Assembly (NCBI GenBank): GCA_964016885.1
Contig: OZ024741.1
Coordinates: forward strand, 351,168,001 to 351,232,000
Length of the DNA: 64,000 nucleotides
DNA from: Eledone cirrhosa
Lineage: Eukaryota
Direction of reading: 5' to 3'
Of this stretch, positions 24,237-39,200 are shown in pieces (positions within the stretch are counted from its first letter, which is position 1; each line of letters opens with the position of its first letter). Position numbers and translations under genes: made by a program. The notes under the pieces were generated by a model that was not told where the DNA came from, ran no database searches, and saw only the letters and a list, made by a program, of their open reading frames with translations.

Positions 24237-27200
24237 CTGGAAAGAAATAAAAAAAAAAAATTATTTAAATTAAATAGAAAGTGACAAAACAATTAGATAC
24301 TATTTAACACATCTTAAACTAAAGTAGTTAGTTGGTGATAGGAAGGGCATTCAGCTGTAGAAATCATGCCAAAACCAGAACATATGTAAGAGTGACATGG
24401 CCCATAGGCTCATTTGAGAGTATAATACCTCTGATTGAGTACTGATTTGGTCTGTAATGACTTGCCCAACTCATGTCAGCATGGAAAAACAGATGTTTAA
24501 TGATGATGACGATAAACTATAAATTACAATTGTTAAGAATTGATCTTATGAATGCGTGAAACTTATGATCATAGTTTTTACATCTACTTTTCCACACTGG
24601 CATTTGTGAGACAGGACTTTTTGAAGCTGTATTTTACATCTGGATACACTTCCTGATTCCAACCATTTTAGTCACCTTTTATGACATGCAAAGATACAGT
24701 GTATATTATAAAAGCTGGTATACACATGAAACATTCTTAAAATTGGTATGACATTCTTAGCCCTTTTGATATCCAACTGCCTGAAACTGCCCCCGGTTCT
24801 ATGAGACTAAATTAGTTATATTAAAGTATTTATATTTATTTTATAATCTTTGATCATAATTTAAACTATAATAAAGTAAGAAGCGCGGGACTGTGTACGG
24901 TTTATAATTTTTTATCCCATTAGTAAAATAAGTTGGATTACTTTGAATAAATAATGAATGAATATTACATAATTTATCTACTAAATTTTGTGGCTGTTCA
25001 TTAAATATATTTTAATATTTATTTAAAGATTCGCTTCTTTAAAATTTTCAAATGTCAACACTTCCGGTGGCGATCGCTTAAATAAACATATTAATTTTCT
25101 GTCACTAATTTTCTTCTAATGCAGTTTATATATAATATCGTCTTTTTTTTTAATGTATCATGGATTACATTACTGATTACATAAGACAGTGTAACACAGT
25201 CTGTGTTCAATTTCTGTGTATATTGTCAATTACGATTTTATTTGATGTATCATATCTACATGTATATATACTTGCGTATAATATCAATATACTCACTACA
25301 TATGCTAGCAGAAAAACCACCCGAGGGATGGTTTTTCTGCTAGTTTTACGTAAGAAACTTTGTTAAATTATGTTCCAACATCAGCTTAATAATGCAAAAG
25401 TTATATGACTAAATCCCTCCAAATTCTTGATTATTTTCAGAATGATTTTAAAATTAGAGGCAGTGTCTTTCATACGAAATATGGTAACGAAAGGGTTAAA
25501 CTACTATAATAAAATCGATATTATATTATATTCTTACAATATAAACTGTTTAAATAACAAAACAAATTGACACTTACACATGAATTGTGCTTGGTATATT
25601 GGTGTCACCATCTGAATCTTGATCTTCGAAAACCTTCGTTACATCCCACAGCTTCACAGAATTGTCTAAACCTCCTTAATATAGCAGAGAAATCAAAGCA
25701 GATTTAAGATCCAAGTTCACATATTGAATGACTGAGATTTCTTGATATAATCCCTTATGGAAAGAGGCATGGTTAATTGGTTATCAACACAAGATAGATG
25801 AAAGGACCCTTGTGTGATATCAATGTAAAAGGAAATAACTAAGTAGCGCAATGTATTTTGTCCATTCCACCAATTCTACCATCCACCAGCAGTCAAACCT
25901 TAGGACTTACATGCACATATTTATGTATGTGTGTACACACATATATATATTATATATCGCTAGCCTACCCCATAAGACAATCATGCTGGTAACACAACAG
26001 AAGCCCCTAGTCCACCATGTAGGGTGCTCATATTGGTGTTATGACTAAAGAGTGCCCAACCCACACTGTAAAGTGGTCATTTTGGTACTGTGACAAAAGG
26101 TGCCCAGTCCACACTGTAAAGTGGTCGTTTGGAACCATGACAGAAAACTCCCAGCCTTCACTGTAAAGTGGTTGTGATGGTGACATGACAAAAAGCACCC
26201 AGCCAACACTGTAAATGTGGTTGGTATTATGAAGGACATCTAGCAGTAGAAACCAAGCTAGGAACAGCTTGTCACACAATGGGACAACTCATCTGATACA
26301 TGCTTGTTTGGGGAAAATGGACGTTAAACAATAATGATGATGCTATATGCTAAGCTATATTGTATATATCTTCTATATGCTAGGTACTAGTACTTGTGTT
26401 TGTTAAAGCATAATTATTTGAGATGTTTACATCAATGATTTCATTGGTATTAGTGTTTCTACTTTTTATTGAGTCTTGTGATTGTATTAATGTTTGTGTT
26501 TATAGTTGTGGTTATGTATCAAAACTTTCTATTCATATGTATATGTGTGAGGGTGTGTGTCTGTGTTAGAATTAGAATGGTTTTTCCAGTTAATTCTTGA
26601 AAATAACGTAGCTAAATTTTCATTACATGTTTCTGAAATCTACATGAAATGTGGAAGTGCTTATTTATATGGTTTAGGGGGAGGGGAGATTGTACTAAAT
26701 ATTTCTTAGTTGTGTCAAGGACATAACAGCCTCCCATAGACAACTTCAGGCCCATAACTCTGCTAAACACAGAGTTCAATTTGGCCAAAGTGCTAGCAAA
26801 GAGGTTGGCACATGTCGTCAAAAGACAGATTAGAGAGGCAAAGACATGCAGCATCATAAACAGTGCTATCTGTAACAACCTCCACAAACTACCCACTCCT
26901 GCAACAACACTATCAACAACAAACACAAACTTAACAAAGAATAATAATAATGATAATAATGGTTTCTACTTTAGGCACAAGGCCAGCAATTTGAAGAGGG
27001 AAGGGAAAGTCAATTAAATCGACCCCAGTGCATTACTGGTGCTTTATTTTATTGACCCCTTTAAGGATGAAAGGCAAAGCTAATCTAGGCAGGATAATAA
27101 TAATTGTTTCTACTTTTGGCACAAGGCCAGCAATTACCCAGTGCATTACTGGTACTTTATTTTATCAACCCTGTAAGGATGAAAGGCAAAGTTAACCCCG

Positions 27201-30200
27201 GTGGGATTTGAACTCAGAATGAAAAGGGCCGTAACTCTTTGCGTCAAAGCATGGCGTCCGACCCTCTACCGATACTGCCAATCCACCGCCTAATAATAAC
27301 GGCGTCTTATATAGGCACATGGCCAACAATGTTGGGGTAGGGGAAAGTCGATTGAATCTACCCCAGTGCGTGACTGGTGGTTTATTTCATCAACCCTGTA
27401 AAGACGAAAGGCAAAGTTTACCTTGGAGGGGTTTGAACTCGGATCATAAAGGGCTGTAACTCTATGCTGCAAAGCATGGCGTCCGACCCTCTACCGATAC
27501 TGCCAATCCACGGCCCTAGGCAGGATAATAATAATAATAATGATAATGCAATAAATTTTCTTACCAGAGGCGAGAATAGCTCCTTCTTTACTGAAACATA
27601 ATGAATAAACTGTATTACTGTGTCCTTTCAGTTGAGCAACAAGGTTCCCATTTGCCATGTCCCATAGGTGAATAACTTGATCAACACCTAAATTACAGAT
27701 AAACAGAAAAAAAAAGTCATAATTTCAATACAACAGGGTATTGGTGTGTTTATACCCATATTTATGTTAGGCTCATGATCGTATTTTTTTGAGTTTGATT
27801 ACTGGCCCTGGTAGCAGATTGTGTCTTTGAGCAAGATATATTTTATTCAACATTGTTGCAGTCCACTCAGCAGATAAAAATGTTTATCTATAATTCAAAG
27901 AGCCATTCTGGTCCCATACAGTGCCACAATGAATCTTTCTCAGAATTACGTTGAGAATACATACACGTTTGTGGAATACTCAGTCACTTGCATATTAATT
28001 TTATGAGCAAGCTGTTCTATTGATTGAATAACCGGAACAGATATTGTTGGAACCAATGAAGGCATAACTTACATTTATGTATGAGAGAAAAGGAGAGTGG
28101 TAAAGCAATCAGTATTTATCATGTTAATTTCATAATGAATTCTTATTGAACAGACCAATGATCAAACATTCCATTTGTGACACTCCTGTCTTTTTTGTCA
28201 GGCATAATGTTTTTAATATTTAATACATTATCCAATATATCTCTTCTTTTTTTTAAAGATAGTAGTGTGTGATTTGAAGCAGATTTGGCAGTTATTTCTA
28301 GCAGGCTCACCATAAATCACCAATGTTCAATGAACTGTTGAGTTGCAAGGCATAAATAAACATCGCTATCTGCTTTAAACACTGTTGACACACAGTTAGA
28401 TAGACACACATACAACAAGATTCCTTCAAATTTCTGTCTACCAAATTCATTCACAAGGCATTGGTTGGTTCAAGGCTAAAGGTGAACATTTTAACGACGT
28501 AGACACATCTGCAGCTACAATATTATAGCGTAAAAACAATGAAACAAAAATATCCTCTTTATCCTTGACTCAACCCTTATGTTACAATATTTTTAATAGC
28601 ATACAATATATTTGAATTAAGACAGAATTTGAAAAGATTTTCAAAAATTATAAGTATTTCATTGTTAACATACTAGTCGTAACATAAAGGGTTTTAAAAA
28701 AAATATAAACCTATCTTAGAAGGTTTTAGTTTAAACAGGAACTCTTTAAAATGAGTGGTTTTGTTTTATAGAAACAGAGCTGGTTTTGGCCAGGTTGGTA
28801 TCAAAAGAGTTAAACTAAACAGAAACTAGTAATTAAAAATATAATACTGACCTGCTGAAGCAAGATAACGTCCATCAGGAGAGTACTGTAGGACATGGAT
28901 TGAGGCCTGTTTCAAAATATTTTGGAAACAAAATCAACAACAGTCAAGATTTGAACAACAACAGTCAAGATTTGAACAACAACAAAGTTAATTTGACATC
29001 CTTTATGTGAACACTGAACCTGTTGGAAATAGCAGCTAAATTACCCTCAAACTATCTTACCATTTTAAGAAAAGGAAATACTGGATAAAATAATTAAATC
29101 CAATGATTTTAAAATAATTTTGAAAATAATCAAGAATTTGAAGGGATTTAGTAATACAAGTAACTTTCTCATTATTAAGCTGGTATTTTGAACATAAAGG
29201 TTCTTACATAAAATTATAATGGAAGGGTTTTAGATAAAGGTAAATATTTTAAAATATACAGTCTAGTGTTATAAAACCAGGTTTCAGGGTTAATAGGAAA
29301 CAGATAAAAACTAAAAACAACAGGTTCACATACCTTATGACCAGTCATGAAGCGAATACAATCTCCAGTAAGGACATCCCAGACTCGAACTGCTCGGTCA
29401 CTAGAACCAGTGGCTATATAGTTGGAATTGGGGTGAAACTGGACACACTGAAACAATTTAATCCAAATGAAATTGAAGCAGGATTAAGCAGGAATGCATT
29501 CACTGACATTTTATCATTTACATTATGATAGGCCTTCTTCACACACAACTGATCATGGGTTTGCATCTGGAAGGCTCCACTCCAAGGTGCAAGCTTGAGC
29601 AAGGTGTTTTGTGGAAGGCCAGCTGTCACCTGTGCATGCCAGTCTCCTCTATCCACATCACCGATGTTGTCAAAGTGAAAGGTAAAGGCTGATACAACAT
29701 GGCATGGGTGTTGTTGCCCATCTTCGCCAGTTGAGTGGACTGAAGCAATGTGAAATAAAGTGTCTTGTTCAAGGACATTACTCTAACCATTATGCAATAT
29801 GCCTTTATGAAGTAAATATTCTTCAATGTAGGAAATACACTGAAATTACTCAATACTAGCAGACAATCAATACATTTGTAGAATTAAGGGATATTAAGTA
29901 AGGTTTCTTACATCAACATCACATAAATGGTCTGCAAATATACGTAAAGGCTGTGGATGATCTGTTGACCATAAACGAGCAGTACGATCATGACCAGCTG
30001 AAGCAAAATACATTCTGTGAGGACTGAAAGCAAAAAAACATTTTAAAATGTAAAATATTCAAAAACATGTTTTCTTTTCTTATTTTTGTTTAAGTCTACA
30101 ATAAATGAATGAATAGAAGATATAGTGATTTAATATTCATTTAAAATCTAAAATGCTCCAGTTTAGAAACTAACAAAATTTCTTTAAGCCTTGCATTACT

Positions 30201-33200
30201 ATATTTCTTATGAAAAATAATCAGGAATTTGAAAGGGGATAGTAATATAACTAACTTTTTCATTAAACTGGTATTTGGAACTTAATTTAATAAAGGTTCT
30301 TTATAAAACTATAGCAGACTAAATAGGACTAGGTGATTGAACTCCAGAGGAGTGATGGAAATGAATGTGGAAGGAAATAGAGGAAAGGGTAGACTATAAA
30401 AAACATGGTTAAAAATGATGGAAGATGAAATGAAAGACAAGGAGTTAGCAAAGGGGTGGGATGATGATAAAGCAAAATAGGAAAGTTTATCATGAGACTC
30501 GCAAGTCTAATCCCTGTTTTAGCAGAGAAAATTGTTTTAAATTGGTTGTTGTTGTCGGAGTTGGATGTCCTTACAGCCCAAAGGGAAACTATTGTCATTA
30601 AGGCATAACATATAGCCCTTTTGGGAGTGTGTGACTAAAAGGGAATCTTATTTACTTAAATATTTCATATAGTAAACAAGAAGAGGAAAAAAGGGAAAAT
30701 GGAGAAAGAGAAAGGAAAATATAGACTCTACACCCTTGGCTAGGTGGTATATCTCAGCTGCACTTTGTGGAGAAAATGGCAAAAGCATTGCTGTGGAGAA
30801 GAGCCAGTGACACTTGCTGCATCAGTCACTCCATTTCATAGGGTTTCTTAGACAGGATGAATTCCTCCTGATTTTGCTTTAGAAAATGGCAGTCTGTGGA
30901 TCAAGGACACGGGAGGTCTCAATGGCAACAGGCACAGTCTGTCAAGTCCCAATATTTGGATATCTTCTGCTCCTCTGTATTATGGGCAGCAGTGCTTCGG
31001 TTTGTGGCTGAAGCAACAAAGTTGGAGCTGGAGAATGTGTCACAGCATGTGGTGAATGAGAGAGAGTAAAACCTAAACATGACATATCATGTGCCAAAGA
31101 AGGAGAGAGAGAGTAAAACCATACCTAAACTTGACATCCCAAACAGGATAATTGTGACCTTTATAGCAGACTAAATTGGACCAGGTCATTAAACTCCAGA
31201 GGCGAACTAAGGAAAAAAGATATGAACATATAAATATAAAAATAACTGTCCAAACAGAAAGAACATTATCAAAATTTTATGTCTGTTTTACAATGCTTGC
31301 CAGGGTTGTATGGGTCTTTTTCGGCACAGCAGCCCCATACTCCTCCCCTAAATCCCTTAGATACTCTCATTATCGCACACTAGTAGCTACTTTCTGCATC
31401 CCCCCACCACTATCACTCCTTAGCTATTCTCTCCACCACTACACCTGTTTCTAGCACTGGTGAATGCTACCCCCACCACATCAGTATTCTCATCTTCATG
31501 AAAAAAAAAGGTCAAGAGGAAACTTCAGTTGTACCATGATATGGCAGTCTCTCTTGTATTGGTGATTTGCATCATTATCATACCCAGTACATGCGGTAAA
31601 GGAAGGGCATCCAGCTGTAGAAAGCTTGCCAAACAAAGGTTGGGAGTACCCTTCACTTGTGTCAAGGACACGACACTCTCCCTAGTGTTGGTGATCTACA
31701 CAATAAATGCACCCTGTACATGCTGTAAAGTGGTTGGTGATCGGAAGGGCATCCATGTGTAGAAAGCTTGCCAAACAAAGGGTTGGGAAGATCCTTCAGT
31801 TTGCGTGAATAAACATGACATTTCCTGTGCACTCGGTGGAACACGAGACTGTACTTAAGTGAGATGCGAACCCCTCCTCCAAGGCCAGTCTGGGAGGTCA
31901 GTAGCCCCAATTCAGTACTGACTTGGTCTATGTAGACCCATCCAACTCTTGCTAGCAGGGAAAGCGATATTTAGATACTTAAACCTTTTTTTACCATATT
32001 TCTAATGGAGGACACTGTCTATAATTTCTAAATCCTTTTGAATAAATAGGATTTAATAAATGTTCTTACATTAAATTATAATGGAAAGTTTTTAAATAAT
32101 AATATGAACACTTTAAAAGGAACAGTTTTGTATGACAGACCCAAGGACAGTTTCAAGCAGTTTGGTGTCACAAGGGTTAATAACATATATTACTTACTTG
32201 TGCCATCAGCAGCAGCAGATACTAAACAATTCCGATCAGGGCTGAAACTGACTGAATGGACAGAGTTACTGTGGCCAAGCAGTGTTTTGAGGTCAGAACC
32301 TGACCTATCATCCATCATCCTTTCTAGAACATCATCTACAATGAACAAGAATGAATAATAATTATAATAATAATTGTTTCTACTTTTGGCACAAGGCCAG
32401 CTATTACCCAGTGCATTACTGGTACTTTATTTTATCGACCCCTGTAAGGATGAAAGGCAAAGTTAACCTTGGCGGGATTTGAACTCAGACCGTAAAGGGA
32501 CGTAACTATGCTAGAAAGCATGGCGTCCAACCCTCTACCGATACTGCCAATTCACCTTTGCTACATGGTCACTGAAAATTACAAAATCAAGTTATATAAA
32601 TTAAAGGGGTTTACAGGCTCATGCTGAAAATAGAACCATTTACACTTGCTATTTTTGCTAGTCACCCACCTTTTTTTAAATTCTCAGGAGCAAAGCACTT
32701 CTCTCCCCATGCTCAACTTTCTTTTCAAGTGGAATGGGAAAAAGTTGACGAGAGCTTGACCAAAGAGAAAAGTATCGGTCCCCAGTCCTCTCAATTTTGT
32801 TCATCACATGACCTCTTTTGCTATTCTTGGCTAGGAACTTCTCTTGAAGTTGCCTCACTAAAAAGAAGGCATCTTTACTACTTTTCCCAAGCATGAAAGC
32901 AAATTGCATCTCATCTAATTTCCATTAGTTTTATTCCTCTATAGTGGCTCCATTCTAGAGCATCACTTTTGCCCTTGTAGCAATTTATGATTGCATTGCT
33001 GCGCCAGTTATTGGGTATGACTCTGTCCTGCATTACATGATTGACTATGCGAGTTACTAGTTCAGACTCCTACTTCTCTTGACACTTTTAACATCTCAGT
33101 AACTATCTCTGACAGTCCTGCAGCTTTACCATTCTTCATATCCTTGATTGCTTCTTTGACCTTATAACTGCCAACTTCAATAGCTGGCCCTTCTATCAGC

Positions 33201-36200
33201 TAGGTTGGGGGTAGTCATTCCTCCCATTCATCAGTTTCTCATAGTAACATTATATATATATATATATATGCTCATTTAATGTCTGCTTTCCCTACAAGCA
33301 AGGGTTGGACAACTCTACATAGACCAAGTAAGTACTGAAGCACAGCTATTGACCTCTCAGATACGCCTTGGTGGGTGGGAGTTCTGCATGTTACTTACAT
33401 ACGGTCTTCATTCTATTGAGTGCACATGAGAAGTTATATTTTTGACACAAATAAAGGGTCCTCACAACCCTTTGTTTGGTAAGCTTTCTATGGTTGAATG
33501 CCCTTCCAAATATATATATGTATATATACTGTATGCACTCGTACATAAGCTGGCTGAGAAATATGCGACAAAAAAAAAAAAATCAATTGTAAAATGAGGG
33601 GACCTATATTCGAGATTAGTATTTTGCTAATTTTTTCACCAAATTTTACGTAAATGAGGCGAATATTACACCGGTTTCACTTTCAAGGTGAAATTCATAT
33701 TTTCTATTGTTTTGAATGACTATGGCCTTCAAAACGGTCAGAAATTGGTAAAAAAAAAAGCATTATGTAATAGAGTTGTGAAACAAAAACTATACTCTAA
33801 AGGACACTTAAAACATCAAAATATTAAAACTTCATAAATTTATTCTCCACTCATGAGGATTTCAAAACTGCACCATCTAAATATAATGTTTATAAGCCTT
33901 GGCTTATAAATGGGGTTTGGATTTTTGCCTATTTCTCAAACATAAAATAGGCGGCTGGCTTATATTTGATTATATATGGTGTATATCATCATCATCATCA
34001 TCATCATTTAACGTCCATCTTCCACGCTTGCATGGGTTTGGACGGGAGTTTTCCCACTTGAGGCAAGATTGGTTGTCCTGCTCGTATAGGACTGTCTGGC
34101 AGGTTTTCTACGGCTGGATGCCCTTCCTAACACCAACCACGTTTACAGTGTGGACTGGGAGGTTTTTACCGTGTTACCTACACGGCCACATTACAGCATG
34201 GACTGTGTGTTTTTTTGTCATGACACCTACACGTCTGGTGGGATTTCTACGGCTGGGTGCCTTCCCAACACCAACTACGTTTACAGTGTGTACTGGGAGG
34301 TTTTTACCGTGTTACCTACATGGCCACATTATAGCGTGGACTGCGTGTTTTTTTTGTTGTGACACCTACACGACCTCATTTGTTTCGGACTGGATGTTGT
34401 GGTACCAACATAACTTCACATTTAAGGGGTGGTGTGGATGGGGTGGGGGTAGTGGGACGGGGGTGTATTTTGTTAGAGGTGCCTACTGACTGTAGGTTTC
34501 ACTTTGTACTTAGGCAAGGCGGGTCTTCTGTATAACTGTGTAGCGCCAATGATCTCGGTCCAATATATATATATATATATTAGTCAAATCGCTCTCGAGT
34601 GCTACTGGTAGCATGTAACCCAGTACAACCTGTCTCATGGTCGGATCATCGGCGACTAAAAGGGCAACCCCACCAAGCTTGCTTGGTGAGGAGGGTGATA
34701 TTTGGACACCCTGTGGGATGAAATACAAGTCCCGGCAAAGGGCGGAGGAACTCAGTAGAGTCAACGGCCATCCAAATAGTATTTTTTTTTTTATACGGAG
34801 GGGTTAAACTCCGAGGCATAAAAAGCTGAAGGCTGTCGTATTTTCCATGGCAAACATTTGCACCGAAGATGTGTCATCAGTTCCAAAAAGTGTGGTCGTC
34901 CTACACAAGCCTTTACCACTTAAAACAAAACCTTGTGTCGGTAGTTTAACATCAGTTCACTTTCTTACATCAACTTTTGTTGGACACTCATACATCGGAT
35001 ATCAATGGGAGAGTCCATCATATATATATATATATGTATATTTATGAACTTGAAGTCACAAGGTTGCAAAGTAAAATCCTTAACCACACAGCCATGCCAG
35101 TGCCAATATGATAATGATTTCCTAGTTGACAAAATTTCTACCTCCAAGCAATAATTAACACAACATTAACAACAAGTGATAACTTACCTGCCTCTTTGTC
35201 AATGATATTTAATTCATTTGAAGGTTTAACATTTCGTAGCTTTGCAGGTGTTAGAGCCCATACACGTATCACTCCATCACCAAATCCAGCGCACAGGAGG
35301 CTGGAGTCATCAGAAAAGTCTACTGCAGTAACTCTAGAGTGAGAATAAAAAATTATAAATTTTTAACTCTTTTGATACCGTATTTCAAATAAAATCATCA
35401 AGAATTTTAAAGGATTTAGTAATAGAACAAACTTTCTCTCTAATAAGTTTTTTTACATAGAATGGAAGGTTTTTTTTAAAGATAAATATGAACACTTTAA
35501 AATAATTAGTTTTGTATCATAAACCAAGGGTAGCTTTAGGCAGGCTGGTATCTTGAGGTGGGAGAGAGCGAGCATGAGAAAGGGATATATCTATATATAG
35601 AGAGGGGAAAGACACAGAAGAGTGTGTTTTTCTTTACAGGAATTTCAAACCACCAGCGTGAAGAGAATATAAGCTAATAGAGGCATAGGAAAAACATTAA
35701 AATTAAAAGTATAAATTAAAATGAGAAACCAACCTCATATCTAAGTCACACATGTACAAACTCACCAGGAGAATGCTTCGCCATTTAAGTGGGTCATCAG
35801 CATATATATATATGTGTTTGAACAACAAAAACAGAAGTCAGACTTCTGTTTTTATTGTTCAAACACACATATATGTAAATGACTCTGAAACCTGGACTGG
35901 TTTTTTACGAGGATACCTTAGGCGGTGATCACCTACCACAAGAACTACTGGTCACACTACCGATTCTCACTGCAACCATCCTTCCTAGGATACATTAAGT
36001 TCTAACAACGTTATCAGCCCCACCACAACCAGGTGGACTTAGATATATATATATATATATATACGCTAAAACTATCCACAACCTCTAACTGGATTACCTA
36101 TAACGATATTTTGTTATCCCTTATATATATATATATATATATATAAAGATTTGAGAAAGAGAGAGCATGAGAAAGGAAAAGACAGAAAGAGAGACGCCCA

Positions 36201-39200
36201 ACAAGTAAGCTAAGCTATATCTGTTGCATCAGCCTGGAAAAGATATAAGGCACAGTTAGTTACCAACTTCCTAAAATTGCCAATGTTATTTACCCTTGAT
36301 AGGAGTTCATGAAGGTATAGAAACAAATTGATGGCATTGTATCAGGTCCGAGTTTGATTCTCTTCATGGTCTCACGGAAAGTATTGATTTTTTCCATTTT
36401 GTCAAAGTCCTTTCTGAAAGTTAAAAAAAATGCAAATGAGTTTAATGTTATTTAGCTTTGCTATGAGATATTTTCATATATTTATTTTTCTTCTTCTCTC
36501 TCTCCAAAGTCAATTGCATGAGCCAACACTTACTCTCTCCCACTCACACACACACTTTTATCTGAATTTCAACCTCTTTGTCTAATCATACCAGCATGGG
36601 AAGCCAAGTACACCCCACAATACTGCCAGACATCACTTTTAAGGACACCCCTCCTTCACCTGGCAAGAAACAGGTAGCCTACTTTCACCCTTACTCCCCA
36701 ATACACTCTGTAAAGTGTTTTGCATTAGCAACCAGGCTAAATATGGAATGTATGAGTAAGATGTGGTTCTCTGACTACTTGTGTCTAGGACTGTAATGAC
36801 ACATCAAACCCATGCTAGCATGAAAAGCAAATGTAAAATGACAATTACCATCACAATAATGTGAAATTCATAAGAAAATTAATGTCACCCAGGTACTTAC
36901 AATTCTGGAAGAGGTATTCTGGTGTTGGAAGGGGCATTTGGATCATTTTTCGATTTCTTCAACTGAAGTGGATCTTTTTTAGGTTTTTTTTTCTAAAAAT
37001 AAAATGAAAAAAATTAACATAGAATATCATCAAGAGAAATTCAACATTGTAAATAAATTTGAACTTTTTAAAATGGGGGTTTTATGGTTGTTTAACACAG
37101 GTCAGCCTTAAGTACACATATGATCAATGGCATTCCAGCTTTTACATTATACAATGGAATCTTTTTAAAAGGATTGAATTCAAGTAAGATTTTAATGTTA
37201 TTTCTAGCAGATTGAGCAATTAAACCTGAGCCTACTCATTGTTGTATATACTAAGTATTTTATGAGTACTTTACAAAACCATGGAAGGATGAAGCCAAAT
37301 CCAAACCTTTGAATTTGAATTTTGAATGGAGGGATATGAAACGAAATTAAAAGGAAAAAGGAAGAAGCTGAACATCAGATCAGACCAAGAACTATGTTTA
37401 CATTGATCTCTCCATTGCTGATATACTTTGCTGGTTGTATCTAATTGAAAAAGGTGAGATTTGAACTATGTCAAACAAATACAAAGGCATTTAATCTGAC
37501 CTTCAAATGACTGACAATTCGCCATCATACTACTAGAAGGCAATTATTTAATTCAGAAAAAAACATAAATACCTTTGGCTTATCATCATCTCCTGTTTCA
37601 TCTTCTTCTTCTACCGGAATGTTAAGTTCAGGTTCTTTGAGTAAACCATAGTACATCCTTGATTTGTTGGCTAAACAGATAGACAAACAGACCATTAAAC
37701 AAGTAGATCAACTAATGAAATAGAGTTGAATAACAAAATAACAGAAATTAGTGAAATAAAACACTCAAGTCTTAGGAAACTAGTGCTGTTTTGTTGTTAG
37801 AGAAAACCATTTCTAGAAAGCTTACCAATTCCATTTTGTGAATTAATATGATTGAGACAACCCTTAACCCTTTTATTACCCTATTCCTATTAAAAAGCAG
37901 TCTATGATTTCCAAATCATTTTGAAAATAATCATCAAGAATGTAGAAGGATTTAGTAAAATAAATTACTTTCTCGTTATTAAGCTGTGTTTGGAACACAA
38001 CAAAGCTTCTTGCATAAAATTATGATAGAAGTTTTTTGATAAATACACACTTAAAAACAGTTTTGTAACATAGAACCAGGGATGGTCTCAGGCAGTTTGA
38101 TATCAAGAAGGTTAACATAATCACAAATACAAAACAAATAAGAACAATCTTAATTATTTTATGGACCAGTCATAGGAGGAAGGCCAACGTTCATAACCAT
38201 TTTCAAAATTGATTGGGAGAAACTGAAAACTTGGTCAAAAGGTTTACAACAGAGTGAACTCAAAGGCACCTAAGAAGGTGGTATTGAACTGGGCAATCAA
38301 TTAACTCTTTCATATTTCTAATGAAAAACACTGCCTGTGTATTTCAATGGATTTTGAAAATAACCAAAAATTAGAAAGAATTTAAGGAAATGACTAAGGT
38401 TTTCATTACTAAGCTGATGTTTAGAACATTACTCAACAAAAATTTCTGAATAAAAATTGGAGGTTTTAATATAAAGACAAATATTTTAAAATTAGCAGTT
38501 TTGTATCATAAATCCAGGGCAGTTTCAGGTGGGTTAGTATAAAAGGTTTAAGTCAGTTACATTTAGAGCCTATACGGAATAAATCAGAAACATGTAGAGT
38601 CTATCTGAAGGATTTCTTCAGTTCTGTCAACTCAGTTTCATTCACTATGCTTGGGTCAGTCCATACTGCAGCCAGATTTTCCTCAAATTACATACTACTA
38701 CTTAATAAAAACACTTTTAAAAAAAGGCTTAGATATGCATACATTTTGAATAAAAAAAGATAGGATGGTGATGGCTGAAATGTTTTATTTACTGACCTGT
38801 TTGATCAGAAACGATCAACTGATTAATTAATAAAATTGACTATTTCATTGAAGTTTTTCATATTTTAGGATATTTTTTAAAATAGGCAGTAAATTACTGT
38901 TAGAAATATAGTGATGAAAGGATTAAGTTACTGTTGGCTGTTAACAAACCTTCTCTTTTTGCTTCTCCCAGAAATCCTCCAGCCACCGCATCAATCTGCT
39001 GCTTTGTTCGAGGTACTCCATCATAAACTAAAATATTGACAAAATAACCAGTTTAACACATTGTTCATCTAATTGGAATATTCATACAAACACACTATCA
39101 TATATACTGTATATACTCAAATATAAGTTGACCCCACTATTTTATGTTTGAGAAATGGACAAAAATCCAAACCTTATTTACATAGAATTTGAAGTTGGTG

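Noticed and set aside
28935-28984. 21-bp tandem duplication near the TAF5 exon 16 acceptor
   Set aside because: Ordinary slippage duplication; splice site intact
30560-30635. Candidate TAF5 exon after a minus-strand ttttag
   Set aside because: No TAF5 similarity; the expected exon is at 31125-31206
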